The notes below the pieces were generated by a model that ran no database searches, was not told the DNA's origin, and saw nothing but the letters and a program-made list of their open reading frames with translations. From Sphyrna mokarran (Eukaryota), in NCBI GenBank assembly GCA_024679065.1, contig JAGIQG010000001.1, positions 82,336,001 through 82,400,000 of the forward strand: a DNA stretch of 64,000 nt. Reading direction: 5' to 3'. Both the position numbers and the translations under genes were made by a program. Positions 61,745 through 64,000 of this stretch are shown here, piece after piece. Position 1 is the stretch's first letter. Each line of letters opens with the position of its first letter.

Positions 61745-61848
61745 TCTAAAGGAGAGTTGTACGGACGCAAAACATTAACTTTGTTTTTGCTCTCTACAGA
61801 TGTGGCCAGACCGGCTGAGTTTTTCTAAAATTTTCTGTTTTCATTTTA
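61745..61848 (+). mobile_element. Degenerate Penelope-type fragment (opposite orientation to 2349-2442)
   Basis: ..aaaacattaactttg..ctctctacagatgtggccagaccggctgagtttttc..ttttctgtttt. Confidence 0.6.
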
Positions 61849-61957
61849 AATTCTTGATGCCCAGATTTATTCTCTGACTTGCCTTTATGTCACTATCAAG
61901 GGCAATGTTAGACTTCCTACAACTGAGCTCCAGAATGCAATGTAAACCTAAGATAGA

Positions 61958-62090
61958 GGGCAGGATTTTTTCGGCTGCACTTGCTCCAAGACCGGAAAAT
62001 CCTGCCCAAGGTCAACAGACTTTTGTATGGTCTGTGTCTGTGTCCTGCCTGCCACAGTTCCTGTGGTGGGAAGAATGAGAAAATTCCACT
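61958..62090. mobile_element. Small MITE
   Basis: gggcaggatttt..ggaaaatcctgccc internal hairpin and an aaaattcc end. Confidence 0.55.
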
Positions 62091-62224
62091 TGGAGTCTAA
62101 CTAGTGCTTTTTATCACTGCAATAAATGTGCTTAAATTTCTATTTTACTCTTCTATTAATGTAATGCAGGAAATTATTTGTCCCTTTTACTGTAGCTAAT
62201 CACTGAGTCAATTTTTTCATAGGT

Positions 62225-63390
62225 AAATGCTAAATACTGCGGTTGCTGGAATGTGAAACAAAAACAGAATGCTGGAAAATCTCAGCATGCCTGACAGCGC
62301 CTGTGGGGAGAGAGTACAGCCGAAGTTTCAAGTCTGGAAGACGCTTTGTCAGAGCCAAGTCATGTTGATTCAAAGGGGGTGATTCTCCCAAGCTGCTCCA
62401 CTAGATTTTTAGTGACCGGTCCTGAGCGCATTTTCCAGCGCCGGATTTCCAGTGTCATCAGCTCTGCACCAGAAATAGGTGCAGAGCTATGTATTGCATG
62501 CAAAGAAGTACACAAATCCAATCTGAATATCATTAGCAGACCCGGAACTGAAGTCTCTGGGCCTGCCAGTCTCTTTCTCCCTGTCAGGAGTGTTTTACTA
62601 CAGTGTGGTTTACAGTAGCTTCCCACTTTTGGGCAGCTAGTGGCCTGTCCCTGCTGGGCTAAAGGACTTGGGGGGGGGGGGGGGGGGAGCAATCGGGACC
62701 CTCCCAGTGGGTTAGGCAAGAGGATAACCTCCTGGGTATTTGCACTTTAAAAGTATTAGCCTATGCCCCTGGCACTGCTCAAGGGGCAAAGTGCCAACTG
62801 GGCATAGGGCAGTGTTAAGGGGACACTGCCTATTGGGGTGGGGCCTGATAAAAGGAGCTCAAAGGAGCTGAGCAATCTGGGGGCGATTAGTAGGAGTGAT
62901 GGGTCTCCATTGCCACAATGCACTTTGGGATCGAGAGGAGAGAGAGGGAGATCAGTGATTGCTGCTGGACATTGGGGTGATTAATTGGGGGGTTGGAGGT
63001 GTTCAGCCTGTCTGGGAAGGGAGGGGAGGTGTGGGGGGGGGGTGGAAAGTGTCAGGGGTATTGAATAGATGACTAGAACTGTGGGATATGGGTGCGGGAA
63101 GTGATTGAGGTGCACTGGGGCAGGGGGGCATATAGGGCTGTGCCCAAACATGCTTGGAGGGTGATCAGGCCATGGGAGGCAGAAGGCTGGTGCTATGGGG
63201 GTCATGAGACTTTCCAGCGAATGAGCTGGCCAACAATCAGGAGGCATGCTTAACCTGCATGCTTAATTCCAGTTTTCACGCAAATTTGATACCTAGAATA
63301 TTTCTGGGAGAATCACCCTCAAAACATTGCCTCTATTCTCTCCCTGCAGATGCTGTCAGACTTGCTGCAATTTTCCAGCTCTGTTTTTGA
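62225..63390. mobile_element. Palindromic Penelope-type element split by a MITE
   Basis: Left arm 62225-62357 (gctggaaaatctcagcatgcctgacagc..) and inverted arm 63321-63390 (..gctgtcagacttgctgcaattttccagc). Confidence 0.72.
62375..63320. mobile_element. 946-bp GC-rich MITE (PIF/Harbinger-like)
   Basis: TIRs gggggtgattctccca / tgggagaatcaccctc (15 of 16 match), flanked by aaa/aaa (possible 3-bp TSD). Confidence 0.75.
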
Positions 63391-63742
63391 ACTACAATGA
63401 CACCTGTGGAGAGAAACATGTGGGGAGGAGGAATTTTTTGCTCCTGTTTTCTTTGGGCAGGATTAGCGGTGAGAGTAGAAAATCTTGTGAGATGTCCAAG
63501 TTATGTTTCACACCGATGTGAAGGCATGACACGATTATCCCTATCATCTGCCAGTGACATAATAGGATTCCCAACGTTCAACATTGGGAACATTTCTATA
63601 CATTTACATATAATTATCAGGCCTCTACACCTGAATTATCCCCACTCCCTCATACGAAATCCATTGACTTCAGCGTGAGGGCAGAACTATGACTGGTCTC
63701 CCAAGGTGTGCACCTGGGAGCAAATCTCCCAGACGAGCTTAG

Positions 63743-64000
63743 ATCATAGAATCTTACAGTGCAGAAAGAGGCCATTTGAGTCTGCACCGACCACAATCCC
63801 ATTTCGCCCTATCCCCGTATCCCTACATATTTGCCCATGAATCCCTCTAACCTATGCATCCAGGACACTAAAGGGAAATTTAGAATGACCAATCAACCTA
63901 ACTTACACATCTTTGGACTGTGGGAGGAAACCAGAGCATCCAGAGGAAACTTATGTAGACTCAGGGAGAATGTGGAAACTCCACACAGACAGTGACCCAA
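63743..64000 (-). mobile_element. V-SINE (HE1-like), tail type A, runs off the window end
   Basis: atcatagaatcttacagtgcagaaagaggcc..ggactgtgggaggaaaccagagc..aaactccacacagacagtgacc. Confidence 0.87.

Larger units (their letters stand above)
60087..62126 (+). other. gabra4 3' UTR region with candidate polyadenylation signals (true 3' end unknown)
   Basis: AT-rich sequence after the stop, with AATAAA at 60327, 60393, 61165 and 62121. Confidence 0.4.

Overview
This is vertebrate genomic DNA, and its repeat landscape (HE1/V-SINE-type SINEs, CR1 LINEs, Penelope-derived palindromes, Harbinger-type MITEs) points to a shark. The + strand carries coding exons 2-9 of the GABA-A receptor alpha-4 subunit gene (gabra4); exon 1 lies upstream of the window. 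All introns are GT-AG and the spliced frame stays open to the TAA ending at 60086. Exons 2-7 fit within about 3.5 kb, then a 50.6-kb intron 7 full of nested transposon relics separates them from exon 8. Almost all other ORFs in the track are transposon fragments or noise. I find no clearly new biological system. The most notable observations are fossil minimal hammerhead-ribozyme motifs in Penelope-type elements, a perfect 48-bp fold-back hairpin, a fossil PIF/Harbinger set (DDE transposase, Myb/SANT partner, MITEs with a phased 9-bp palindrome), several templated local insertions, and an alpha1-like Gly in loop C of the alpha4 protein. Repeat boundaries were estimated by eye, and family names come from recalled consensus motifs, not database searches.
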